The position numbers and the translations under genes were made by a program. From assembly GCA_040954595.2 (NCBI GenBank), contig CM082587.2:11835262-11899261 (forward strand): a stretch of 64,000 nucleotides of DNA, given 5' to 3'. Positions 51,201-64,000 of this stretch are shown here, piece after piece. The notes beneath the pieces were generated by a model. That model was given only the letters and a program-made list of their open reading frames with translations, was not told where the DNA came from and did no database searches. The DNA comes from Balanoglossus misakiensis. Lineage: Eukaryota > Animalia > Hemichordata. Position 1 is the stretch's first letter. Each line of letters opens with the position of its first letter.

Positions 51201-54200
51201 ATTCTAGCCAAAGAGCTTGGCACCTGTTGAAATGAACTCATCTGCTGTGGGCCAGTTTATTGGTGGCAGTTGAGTTGAGGAGAGCACCTTCCTTCCCGGC
51301 ACGCCACCAAGTAAAGTTCCACGCCGCCCACCACAGATGCCAGCATTCATTCATGCGAGTGAGTGTAATTGCAAATTTGCCTATTCTAGAATTCTTACGT
51401 GCCATTGGAGAGCTCCATTGACTGGTCATTCATACTGTTTTCATTCATTCATTGCGGCATCAATATATTTTATGTATTCTAGCCAAAGAGCTTGGCACCT
51501 GTTGAAATGAACTCATCTGCTGTGGGCCAGTTTATTGGTGGCAGTTGAGCTGAGGAGAGCACCTTCCTTCCCGGCACGCCACCAAGTAAAGTTCCACGCC
51601 GCCCACCACAGATGCCAGCATTCATTCATGCGAGTGAGTGTAATTGCAAATTTGCCTATTCTAGATCTGTAATGGAAATGGAGAAAGTACCTTATATTTT
51701 CTGTAAAATAGACATTTAATTGGCAAGCCGTCCTGCATCAATTATGAATTGTGTACATGCACTAAAGCGCCCTCACTGCTGGGTGTGTTGTATGGTCTTT
51801 AACCCTGTTTCAAATTAGAGTACTTTCTGCAATTTCAAGACAGATCTTACGTGCCATTGGAGAGCTCCATTGACTGGTCATTCATACTGTTTTCATTCAT
51901 TCATTGTGGCATCAATATATTTTATCTATTCTAGCCAAAGAGCTTGGCACCTGTTGAAATGAACTCATCTGCTGTGGGCCAGTTTATTGGTGGCAGTTGA
52001 GCTGAGGAGAGCACCTTCCTTCCCGGCACGCCACCAAGTAAAGTTCCACGCCGCCCACCACAGATGCCAGCATTCATTCATGCGAGTGAGTGTAATTGCA
52101 AATTTGCCTATTCTAGAATTACGTGCCATTGGAGAGCTCCATTGACTGGTCATTCATACTGTTTTCATTCATTCATTGCGGCATCAATATATTTTATCTA
52201 TTCTAGCCAAAGAGCTTGGCACCTGTTGAAATGAACTCATCTGCTGTGGGCCAGTTTATTGGTGGCAGTTGAGCTGAGGAGAGCACCTTCCTTCCCGGCA
52301 CGCCACCAAGTAAAGTTCCACGCCGCCCACCACAGATGCCAGCATTCATTCATGCGAGTGAGTGTAATTGCAAATTTGCCTATTCTAGATCTGTAATGGA
52401 AATGGAGAAAGTACCTTATATTTTCTGTAAAATAGACATTTAATTGGCAAGCCGTCCTGCATCAATTATTAATTGTGTACATGCACTAAAGCGCCCTCAC
52501 TGCTGGGTGTGTTGTATGGTCTTTAACCCTGTTTCAAATTAGAGTACTTTCTGCAATTTCAAGACAGATCTTACGTGCCATTGGAGAGCTCCATTGACTG
52601 GTCATTCATACTGTTTTCATTCATTCATTGCGGCATCAATATATTTTATCTATTCTAGCCAAAGAGCTTGGCACCTGTTGAAATGAACTCATCTGCTGTG
52701 GGCCAGTTTATTGGTGGCAGTTGAGCTGAGAAGAGCACCTTCCTTCCCGGCACGCCACCAAGTAAAGTTCCACGCCGCCCACCACAGATGCCAGCATTCA
52801 TTCATGCGAGTGAGTGTAATTGCAAATTTGCCTATTCTAGATCTGTAATGGAAATGGAGAAAGTACCTTATATTTTCTGTAAAATAGACATTTAATTGGC
52901 AAGCCGTCCTGCATCAATTATGAATTGTGTACATGCACTAAAGCGCCCTCACTGCTGGGTGTGTTGTATGGTCTTTAACCCTGTTTCAAATTAGAGTACT
53001 TTCTGCAATTTCAAGACAGATCTTACGTGCCATTGGAGAGCTCCATTGACTGGTCATTCATACTGTTTTCATTCATTCATTGCGGCATCAATATATTTTA
53101 TCTATTCTAGCCAAAGAGCTTGGCACCTGTTGAAATGAACTCATCTGCTGTGGGCCAGTTTATTGGTGGCAGTTGAGCTGAGGAGAGCACCTTCCTTCCC
53201 GGCACGCCACCAAGTAAAGTTCCACGCCGCCCACCACAGATGCCAGCATTCATTCATGCGAGTGAGTGTAATTGCAAATTTGCCTATTCTAGATCTGTAA
53301 TGGAAATGGAGAAAGTACCTTATATTTTCTGTAAAATAGACATTTAATTGGCAAGCCGTCCTGCATCAATTATGAATTGTGTACATGCACTAAAGCGCCC
53401 TCACTGCTGGGTGTGTTGTATGGTCTTTAACCCTGTTTCAAATTAGAGTACTTTCTGCAATTTCAAGACAGATCTTACGTGCCATTGGAGAGCTCCATTG
53501 ACTGGTCATTCATACTGTTTTCATTCATTCATTGCGGCATCAATATATTTTATCTATTCTAGCCAAAGAGCTTGGCACCTGTTGAAATGAACTCATCTGC
53601 TGTGGGCCAGTTTATTGGTGGCAGTTGAGCTGAGGAGAGCACCTTCCTTCCCGGCACGCCACCAAGTAAAGTTCCACGCCGCCCACCACAGATGCCAGCA
53701 TTCATTCATGCGAGTGAGTGTAATTGCAAATTTGCCTATTCTAGATCTGTAATGGAAATGGAGAAAGTACCTTATATTTTCTGTAAAATAGACATTTAAT
53801 TGGCAAGCCGTCCTGCATCAATTATGAATTGTGTACATGCACTAAAGCGCCCTCACTGCTGGGTGTGTTGTATGGTCTTTAACCCTGTTTCAAATTAGAG
53901 TACTTTCTGCAATTTCAAGACAGATCTTACGTGCCATTGGAGAGCTCCATTGACTGGTCATTCATACTGTTTTCATTCATTCATTGCGGCATCAATATAT
54001 TTTATCTATTCTAGCCAAAGAGCTTGGCACCTGTTGAAATGAACTCATCTGCTGTGGGCCAGTTTATTGGTGGCAGTTGAGCTGAGGAGAGCACCTTCCT
54101 TCCCGGCACGCCACCAAGTAAAGTTCCACGCCGCCCACCACAGATGCCAGCATTCATTCATGCGAGTGAGTGTAATTGCAAATTTGCCTATTCTAGATCT

Positions 54201-57200
54201 GTAATGGAAATGGAGAAAGTACCTTATATTTTCTGTAAAATAGACATTTAATTGGCAAGCCGTCCTGCATCAATTATGAATTGTGTACATGCACTAAAGC
54301 GCCCTCACTGCTGGGTGTGTTGTATGGTCTTTAACCCTGTTTCAAATTAGAGTACTTTCTGCAATTTCAAGACAGATCTTACGTGCCATTGGAGAGCTCC
54401 ATTGACTGGTCATTCATACTGTTTTCATTCATTCATTGTGGCATCAATATATTTTATCTATTCTAGCCAAAGAGCTTGGCACCTGTTGAAATGAACTCAT
54501 CTGCTGTGGGCCAGTTTATTGGTGGCAGTTGAGCTGAGGAGAGCACCTTCCTTCCCGGCACGCCACCAAGTAAAGTTCCACGCCGCCCACCACAGATGCC
54601 AGCATTCATTCATGCGAGTGAGTGTAATTGCAAATTTGCCTATTCTAGAATTACGTGCCATTGGAGAGCTCCATTGACTGGTCATTCATACTGTTTTCAT
54701 TCATTCATTGCGGCATCAATATATTTTATCTATTCTAGCCAAAGAGCTTGGCACCTGTTGAAATGAACTCATCTGCTGTGGGCCAGTTTATTGGTGGCAG
54801 TTGAGCTGAGGAGAGCACCTTCCTTCCCGGCACGCCACCAAGTAAAGTTCCACGCCGCCCACCACAGATGCCAGCATTCATTCATGCGAGTGAGTGTAAT
54901 TGCAAATTTGCCTATTCTAGATCTGTAATGGAAATGGAGAAAGTACCTTATATTTTCTGTAAAATAGACATTTAATTGGCAAGCCGTCCTGCATCAATTA
55001 TTAATTGTGTACATGCACTAAAGCGCCCTCACTGCTGGGTGTGTTGTATGGTCTTTAACCCTGTTTCAAATTAGAGTACTTTCTGCAATTTCAAGACAGA
55101 TCTTACGTGCCATTGGAGAGCTCCATTGACTGGTCATTCATACTGTTTTCATTCATTCATTGCGGCATCAATATATTTTATCTATTCTAGCCAAAGAGCT
55201 TGGCACCTGTTGAAATGAACTCATCTGCTGTGGGCCAGTTTATTGGTGGCAGTTGAGCTGAGAAGAGCACCTTCCTTCCCGGCACGCCACCAAGTAAAGT
55301 TCCACGCCGCCCACCACAGATGCCAGCATTCATTCATGCGAGTGAGTGTAATTGCAAATTTGCCTATTCTAGATCTGTAATGGAAATGGAGAAAGTACCT
55401 TATATTTTCTGTAAAATAGACATTTAATTGGCAAGCCGTCCTGCATCAATTATGAATTGTGTACATGCACTAAAGCGCCCTCACTGCTGGGTGTGTTGTA
55501 TGGTCTTTAACCCTGTTTCAAATTAGAGTACTTTCTGCAATTTCAAGACAGATCTTACGTGCCATTGGAGAGCTCCATTGACTGGTCATTCATACTGTTT
55601 TCATTCATTCATTGCGGCATCAATATATTTTATCTATTCTAGCCAAAGAGCTTGGCACCTGTTGAAATGAACTCATCTGCTGTGGGCCAGTTTATTGGTG
55701 GCAGTTGAGCTGAGGAGAGCACCTTCCTTCCCGGCACGCCACCAAGTAAAGTTCCACGCCGCCCACCACAGATGCCAGCATTCATTCATGCGAGTGAGTG
55801 TAATTGCAAATTTGCCTATTCTAGATCTGTAATGGAAATGGAGAAAGTACCTTATATTTTCTGTAAAATAGACATTTAATTGGCAAGCCGTCCTGCATCA
55901 ATTATGAATTGTGTACATGCACTAAAGCGCCCTCACTGCTGGGTGTGTTGTATGGTCTTTAACCCTGTTTCAAATTAGAGTACTTTCTGCAATTTCAAGA
56001 CAGATCTTACGTGCCATTGGAGAGCTCCATTGACTGGTCATTCATACTGTTTTCATTCATTCATTGCGGCATCAATATATTTTATCTATTCTAGCCAAAG
56101 AGCTTGGCACCTGTTGAAATGAACTCATCTGCTGTGGGCCAGTTTATTGGTGGCAGTTGAGCTGAGGAGAGCACCTTCCTTCCCGGCACGCCACCAAGTA
56201 AAGTTCCACGCCGCCCACCACAGATGCCAGCATTCATTCATGCGAGTGAGTGTAATTGCAAATTTGCCTATTCTAGATCTGTAATGGAAATGGAGAAAGT
56301 ACCTTATATTTTCTGTAAAATAGACATTTAATTGGCAAGCCGTCCTGCATCAATTATGAATTGTGTACATGCACTAAAGCGCCCTCACTGCTGGGTGTGT
56401 TGTATGGTCTTTAACCCTGTTTCAAATTAGAGTACTTTCTGCAATTTCAAGACAGATCTTACGTGCCATTGGAGAGCTCCATTGACTGGTCATTCATACT
56501 GTTTTCATTCATTCATTGCGGCATCAATATATTTTATGTATTCTAGCCAAAGAGCTTGGCACCTGTTGAAATGAACTCATCTGCTGTGGGCCAGTTTATT
56601 GGTGGCAGTTGAGCTGAGGAGAGCACCTTCCTTCCCGGCACGCCACCAAGTAAAGTTCCACGCCGCCCACCACAGATGCCAGCATTCATTCATGCGAGTG
56701 AGTGTAATTGCAAATTTGCCTATTCTAGATCTGTAATGGAAATGGAGAAAGTACCTTATATTTTCTGTAAAATAGACATTTAATTGGCAAGCCGTCCTGC
56801 ATCAATTATTAATTGTGTACATGCACTAAAGCGCCCTCACTGCTGGGTGTGTTGTATGGTCTTTAACCCTGTTTCAAATTAGAGTACTTTCTGCAATTTC
56901 AAGACAGATCTTACGTGCCATTGGAGAGCTCCATTGACTGGTCATTCATACTGTTTTCATTCATTCATTGCGGCATCAATATATTTTATCTATTCTAGCC
57001 AAAGAGCTTGGCACCTGTTGAAATGAACTCATCTGCTGTGGGCCAGTTTATTGGTGGCAGTTGAGCTGAGGAGAGCACCTTCCTTCCCGGCACGCCACCA
57101 AGTAAAGTTCCACGCCGCCCACCACAGATGCCAGCATTCATTCATGCGAGTGAGTGTAATTGCAAATTTGCCTATTCTAGAATTACGTGCCATTGGAGAG

Positions 57201-60200
57201 CTCCATTGACTGGTCATTCATACTGTTTTCATTCATTCATTGCGGCATCAATATATTTTATCTATTCTAGCCAAAGAGCTTGGCACCTGTTGAAATGAAC
57301 TCATCTGCTGTGGGCCAGTTTATTGGTGGCAGTTGAGCTGAGGAGAGCACCTTCCTTCCCGGCACGCCACCAAGTAAAGTTCCACGCCGCCCACCACAGA
57401 TGCCAGCATTCATTCATGCGAGTGAGTGTAATTGCAAATTTGCCTATTCTAGATCTGTAATGGAAATGGAGAAAGTACCTTATATTTTCTGTAAAATAGA
57501 CATTTAATTGGCAAGCCGTCCTGCATCAATTATGAATTGTGTACATGCACTAAAGCGCCCTCACTGCTGGGTGTGTTGTATGGTCTTTAACCCTGTTTCA
57601 AATTAGAGTACTTTCTGCAATTTCAAGACAGATCTTACGTGCCATTGGAGAGCTCCATTGACTGGTCATTCATACTGTTTTCATTCATTCATTGCGGCAT
57701 CAATATATTTTATCTATTCTAGCCAAAGAGCTTGGCACCTGTTGAAATGAACTCATCTGCTGTGGGCCAGTTTATTGGTGGCAGTTGAGCTGAGGAGAGC
57801 ACCTTCCTTCCCGGCACGCCACCAAGTAAAGTTCCACGCCGCCCACCACAGATGCCAGCATTCATTCATGCGAGTGAGTGTAATTGCAAATTTGCCTATT
57901 CTAGATTCTTACGTGCCATTGGAGAGCTCCATTGACTGGTCATTCATACTGTTTTCATTCATTCATTGCGGCATCAATATATTTTATCTATTCTAGCCAA
58001 AGAGCTTGGCACCTGTTGAAATGAACTCATCTGCTGTGGGCCAGTTTATTGGTGGCAGTTGAGCTGAGGAGAGCACCTTCCTTCCCGGCACGCCACCAAG
58101 TAAAGTTCCACGCCGCCCACCACAGATGCCAGCATTCATTCATGCGAGTGAGTGTAATTGCAAATTTGCCTATTCTAGATCTGTAATGGAAATGGAGAAA
58201 GTACCTTATATTTTCTGTAAAATAGACATTTAATTGGCAAGCCGTCCTGCATCAATTATGAATTGTGTACATGCACTAAAGCGCCCTCACTGCTGGGTGT
58301 GTTGTATGGTCTTTAACCCTGTTTCAAATTAGAGTACTTTCTGCAATTTCAAGACAGATCTTACGTGCCATTGGAGAGCTCCATTGACTGGTCATTCATA
58401 CTGTTTTCATTCATTCATTGCGGCATCAATATATTTTATCTATTCTAGCCAAAGAGCTTGGCACCTGTTGAAATGAACTCATCTGCTGTGGGCCAGTTTA
58501 TTGGTGGCAGTTGAGCTGAGAAGAGCACCTTCCTTCCCGGCACGCCACCAAGTAAAGTTCCACGCCGCCCACCACAGATGCCAGCATTCATTCATGCGAG
58601 TGAGTGTAATTGCAAATTTGCCTATTCTAGATCTGTAATGGAAATGGAGAAAGTACCTTATATTTTCTGTAAAATAGACATTTAATTGGCAAGCCGTCCT
58701 GCATCAATTATGAATTGTGTACATGCACTAAAGCGCCCTCACTGCTGGGTGTGTTGTATGGTCTTTAACCCTGTTTCAAATTAGAGTACTTTCTGCAATT
58801 TCAAGACAGATCTTACGTGCCATTGGAGAGCTCCATTGACTGGTCATTCATACTGTTTTCATTCATTCATTGCGGCATCAATATATTTTATCTATTCTAG
58901 CCAAAGAGCTTGGCACCTGTTGAAATGAACTCATCTGCTGTGGGCCAGTTTATTGGTGGCAGTTGAGCTGAGGAGAGCACCTTCCTTCCCGGCACGCCAC
59001 CAAGTAAAGTTCCACGCCGCCCACCACAGATGCCAGCATTCATTCATGCGAGTGAGTGTAATTGCAAATTTGCCTATTCTAGATCTGTAATGGAAATGGA
59101 GAAAGTACCTTATATTTTCTGTAAAATAGACATTTAATTGGCAAGCCGTCCTGCATCAATTATGAATTGTGTACATGCACTAAAGCGCCCTCACTGCTGG
59201 GTGTGTTGTATGGTCTTTAACCCTGTTTCAAATTAGAGTACTTTCTGCAATTTCAAGACAGATCTTACGTGCCATTGGAGAGCTCCATTGACTGGTCATT
59301 CATACTGTTTTCATTCATTCATTGCGGCATCAATATATTTTATCTATTCTAGCCAAAGAGCTTGGCACCTGTTGAAATGAACTCATCTGCTGTGGGCCAG
59401 TTTATTGGTGGCAGTTGAGCTGAGGAGAGCACCTTCCTTCCCGGCACGCCACCAAGTAAAGTTCCACGCCGCCCACCACAGATGCCAGCATTCATTCATG
59501 CGAGTGAGTGTAATTGCAAATTTGCCTATTCTAGATCTGTAATGGAAATGGAGAAAGTACCTTATATTTTCTGTAAAATAGACATTTAATTGGCAAGCCG
59601 TCCTGCATCAATTATGAATTGTGTACATGCACTAAAGCGCCCTCACTGCTGGGTGTGTTGTATGGTCTTTAACCCTGTTTCAAATTAGAGTACTTTCTGC
59701 AATTTCAAGACAGATCTTACGTGCCATTGGAGAGCTCCATTGACTGGTCATTCATACTGTTTTCATTCATTCATTGCGGCATCAATATATTTTATCTATT
59801 CTAGCCAAAGAGCTTGGCACCTGTTGAAATGAACTCATCTGCTCTGGGCCAGTTTATTGGTGGCAGTTGAGCTGAGGAGAGCACCTTCCTTCCCGGCACG
59901 CCACCAAGTAAAGTTCCACGCCGCCCACCACAGATGCCAGCATTCATTCATGCGAGTGAGTGTAATTGCAAATTTGCCTATTCTAGATCTGTAATGGAAA
60001 TGGAGAAAGTACCTTATATTTTCTGTAAAATAGACATTTAATTGGCAAGCCGTCCTGCATCAATTATGAATTGTGTACATGCACTAAAGCGCCCTCACTG
60101 CTGGGTGTGTTGTATGGTCTTTAACCCTGTTTCAAATTAGAGTACTTTCTGCAATTTCAAGACAGATCTTACGTGCCATTGGAGAGCTCCATTGACTGGT

Positions 60201-63200
60201 CATTCATACTGTTTTCATTCATTCATTGCGGCATCAATATATTTTATCTATTCTAGCCAAAGAGCTTGGCACCTGTTGAAATGAACTCATCTGCTGTGGG
60301 CCAGTTTATTGGTGGCAGTTGAGCTGAGAAGAGCACCTTCCTTCCCGGCACGCCACCAAGTAAAGTTCCACGCCGCCCACCACAGATGCCAGCATTCATT
60401 CATGCGAGTGAGTGTAATTGCAAATTTGCCTATTCTAGAATCTTACGTGCCATTGGAGAGCTCCATTGACTGGTCATTCATACTGTTTTCATTCATTCAT
60501 TGCGGCATCAATATATTTTATCTATTCTAGCCAAAGAGCTTGGCACCTGTTGAAATGAACTCATCTGCTGTGGGCCAGTTTATTGGTGGCAGTTGAGCTG
60601 AGGAGAGCACCTTCCTTCCCGGGACGCCACCAAGTAAAGTTCCACGCCGCCCACCACAGATGCCAGCATTCATTCATGCGAGTGAGTGTAATTGCAAATT
60701 TGCCTATTCTAGATTCTTACGTGCCATTGGAGAGCTCCATTGACTGGTCATTCATACTGTTTTCATTCATTCATTGCGGCATCAATATATTTTATCTATT
60801 CTAGCCAAAGAGCTTGGCACCTGTTGAAATGAACTCATCTGCTGTGGGCCAGTTTATTGGTGGCAGTTGAGCTGAGGAGAGCACCTTCCTTCCCGGCACG
60901 CCACCAAGTAAAGTTCCACGCCGCCCACCACAGATGCCAGCATTCATTCATGCGAGTGAGTGTAATTGCAAATTTGCCTATTCTAGATCTGTAATGGAAA
61001 TGGAGAAAGTACCTTATATTTTCTGTAAAATAGACATTTAATTGGCAAGCCGTCCTGCATCAATTATTAATTGTGTACATGCACTAAAGCGCCCTCACTG
61101 CTGGGTGTGTTGTATGGTCTTTAACCCTGTTTCAAATTAGAGTACTTTCTGCAATTTCAAGACAGATCTTACGTGCCATTGGAGAGCTCCATTGACTGGT
61201 CATTCATACTGTTTTCATTCATTCATTGCGGCATCAATATATTTTATCTATTCTAGCCAAAGAGCTTGGCACCTGTTGAAATGAACTCATCTGCTGTGGG
61301 CCAGTTTATTGGTGGCAGTTGAGCTGAGGAGAGCACCTTCCTTCCCGGCACGCCACCAAGTAAAGTTCCACGCCGCCCACCACAGATGCCAGCATTCATT
61401 CATGCGAGTGAGTGTAATTGCAAATTTGCCTATTCTAGAATTACGTGCCATTGGAGAGCTCCATTGACTGGTCATTCATACTGTTTTCATTCATTCATTG
61501 CGGCATCAATATATTTTATCTATTCTAGCCAAAGAGCTTGGCACCTGTTGAAATGAACTCATCTGCTGTGGGCCAGTTTATTGGTGGCAGTTGAGCTGAG
61601 GAGAGCACCTTCCTTCCCGGCACGCCACCAAGTAAAGTTCCACGCCGCCCACCACAGATGCCAGCATTCATTCATGCGAGTGAGTGTAATTGCAAATTTG
61701 CCTATTCTAGATCTGTAATGGAAATGGAGAAAGTACCTTATATTTTCTGTAAAATAGACATTTAATTGGCAAGCCGTCCTGCATCAATTATGAATTGTGT
61801 ACATGCACTAAAGCGCCCTCACTGCTGGGTGTGTTGTATGGTCTTTAACCCTGTTTCAAATTAGAGTACTTTCTGCAATTTCAAGACAGATCTTACGTGC
61901 CATTGGAGAGCTCCATTGACTGGTCATTCATACTGTTTTCATTCATTCATTGCGGCATCAATATATTTTATCTATTCTAGCCAAAGAGCTTGGCACCTGT
62001 TGAAATGAACTCATCTGCTGTGGGCCAGTTTATTGGTGGCAGTTGAGCTGAGGAGAGCACCTTCCTTCCCGGCACGCCACCAAGTAAAGTTCCACGCCGC
62101 CCACCACAGATGCCAGCATTCATTCATGCGAGTGAGTGTAATTGCAAATTTGCCTATTCTAGATCTGTAATGGAAATGGAGAAAGTACCTTATATTTTCT
62201 GTAAAATAGACATTTAATTGGCAAGCCGTCCTGCATCAATTATGAATTGTGTACATGCACTAAAGCGCCCTCACTGCTGGGTGTGTTGTATGGTCTTTAA
62301 CCCTGTTTCAAATTAGAGTACTTTCTGCAATTTCAAGACAGATCTTACGTGCCATTGGAGAGCTCCATTGACTGGTCATTCATACTGTTTTCATTCATTC
62401 ATTTCGGCATCAATATATTTTATCTATTCTAGCCAAAGAGCTTGGCACCTGTTGAAATGAACTCATCTGCTGTGGGCCAGTTTATTGGTGGCAGTTGAGC
62501 TGAGAAGAGCACCTTCCTTCCCGGCACGCCACCAAGTAAAGTTCCACGCCGCCCACCACAGATGCCAGCATTCATTCATGCGAGTGAGTGTAATTGCAAA
62601 TTTGCCTATTCTAGAATCTTACGTGCCATTGGAGAGCTCCATTGACTGGTCATTCATACTGTTTTCATTCATTCATTGCGGCATCAATATATTTTATCTA
62701 TTCTAGCCAAAGAGCTTGGCACCTGTTGAAATGAACTCATCTGCTGTGGGCCAGTTTATTGGTGGCAGTTGAGCTGAGGAGAGCACCTTCCTTCCCGGGA
62801 CGCCACCAAGTAAAGTTCCACGCCGCCCACCACAGATGCCAGCATTCATTCATGCGAGTGAGTGTAATTGCAAATTTGCCTATTCTAGATTCTTACGTGC
62901 CATTGGAGAGCTCCATTGACTGGTCATTCATACTGTTTTCATTCATTCATTGCGGCATCAATATATTTTATCTATTCTAGCCAAAGAGCTTGGCACCTGT
63001 TGAAATGAACTCATCTGCTGTGGGCCAGTTTATTGGTGGCAGTTGAGCTGAGGAGAGCACCTTCCTTCCCGGCACGCCACCAAGTAAAGTTCCACGCCGC
63101 CCACCACAGATGCCAGCATTCATTCATGCGAGTGAGTGTAATTGCAAATTTGCCTATTCTAGATCTGTAATGGAAATGGAGAAAGTACCTTATATTTTCT

Positions 63201-64000
63201 GTAAAATAGACATTTAATTGGCAAGCCGTCCTGCATCAATTATTAATTGTGTACATGCACTAAAGCGCCCTCACTGCTGGGTGTGTTGTATGGTCTTTAA
63301 CCCTGTTTCAAATTAGAGTACTTTCTGCAATTTCAAGACAGATCTTACGTGCCATTGGAGAGCTCCATTGACTGGTCATTCATACTGTTTTCATTCATTC
63401 ATTGCGGCATCAATATATTTTATCTATTCTAGCCAAAGAGCTTGGCACCTGTTGAAATGAACTCATCTGCTGTGGGCCAGTTTATTGGTGGCAGTTGAGC
63501 TGAGGAGAGCACCTTCCTTCCCGGCACGCCACCAAGTAAAGTTCCACGCCGCCCACCACAGATGCCAGCATTCATTCATGCGAGTGAGTGTAATTGCAAA
63601 TTTGCCTATTCTAGAATTACGTGCCATTGGAGAGCTCCATTGACTGGTCATTCATACTGTTTTCATTCATTCATTGCGGCATCAATATATTTTATCTATT
63701 CTAGCCAAAGAGCTTGGCACCTGTTGAAATGAACTCATCTGCTGTGGGCCAGTTTATTGGTGGCAGTTGAGCTGAGGAGAGCACCTTCCTTCCCGGCACG
63801 CCACCAAGTAAAGTTCCACGCCGCCCACCACAGATGCCAGCATTCATTCATGCGAGTGAGTGTAATTGCAAATTTGCCTATTCTAGATCTGTAATGGAAA
63901 TGGAGAAAGTACCTTATATTTTCTGTAAAATAGACATTTAATTGGCAAGCCGTCCTGCATCAATTATGAATTGTGTACATGCACTAAAGCGCCCTCACTG
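27242..64000. repeat. Satellite array, right arm (same monomer family)
   Basis: Resumes at monomer position 173 (ATATTTTCTGTAAAATAG). Contains 62 full long monomers plus short types A-D and runs off the window end. Confidence 0.99.

Noticed and set aside
1822-63651. 45 recurring 62-73 aa ORFs (MVAVELRR..., MTSQWSS...)
   Set aside because: By-products of MITE-less monomers. The + set starts at TTG rather than ATG, the frame depends on which scar is present, and there is no recognisable domain. Used only as positional markers.
1-64000. CRISPR array
   Set aside because: Units are 272-452 bp with no unique spacers and no cas genes, and the context is eukaryotic.

Overview
Eukaryotic (probably animal) DNA, judged from GT-AG introns and Kozak-type starts. 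About 56 kb is a highly homogeneous tandem array. It has 95 complete 452-bp monomers, each carrying a 177-bp MITE with 24-bp imperfect TIRs at an AGATCT site. It also has 45 short monomers (272/274/274/275 bp) in which the MITE is replaced by one of four scars that look like excision footprints. No precise 273-bp empty monomer occurs. The array is interrupted once (19095-27241) by an ~8.1-kb gene-bearing segment whose right side runs straight into the last 150 bp of a MITE, so it is a candidate autonomous parent element. The segment encodes: (i) a Sola1-like DDD transposase split into two intact head-to-head genes, an N-terminal Cys/His DNA-binding half on - and a catalytic half on +; (ii) a 4-exon gene fusing a winged-helix-like domain to a PR-Set7/SETD8-like SET domain; and (iii) a His-Cys box (His-Me finger) endonuclease. 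It also holds a diverged copy of the satellite monomer. Monomer order shows higher-order duplications at offsets of 2176, 2532, 11225, 13403, 27971 and 58487 bp. Family assignments come from motif recognition by eye, not database searches.
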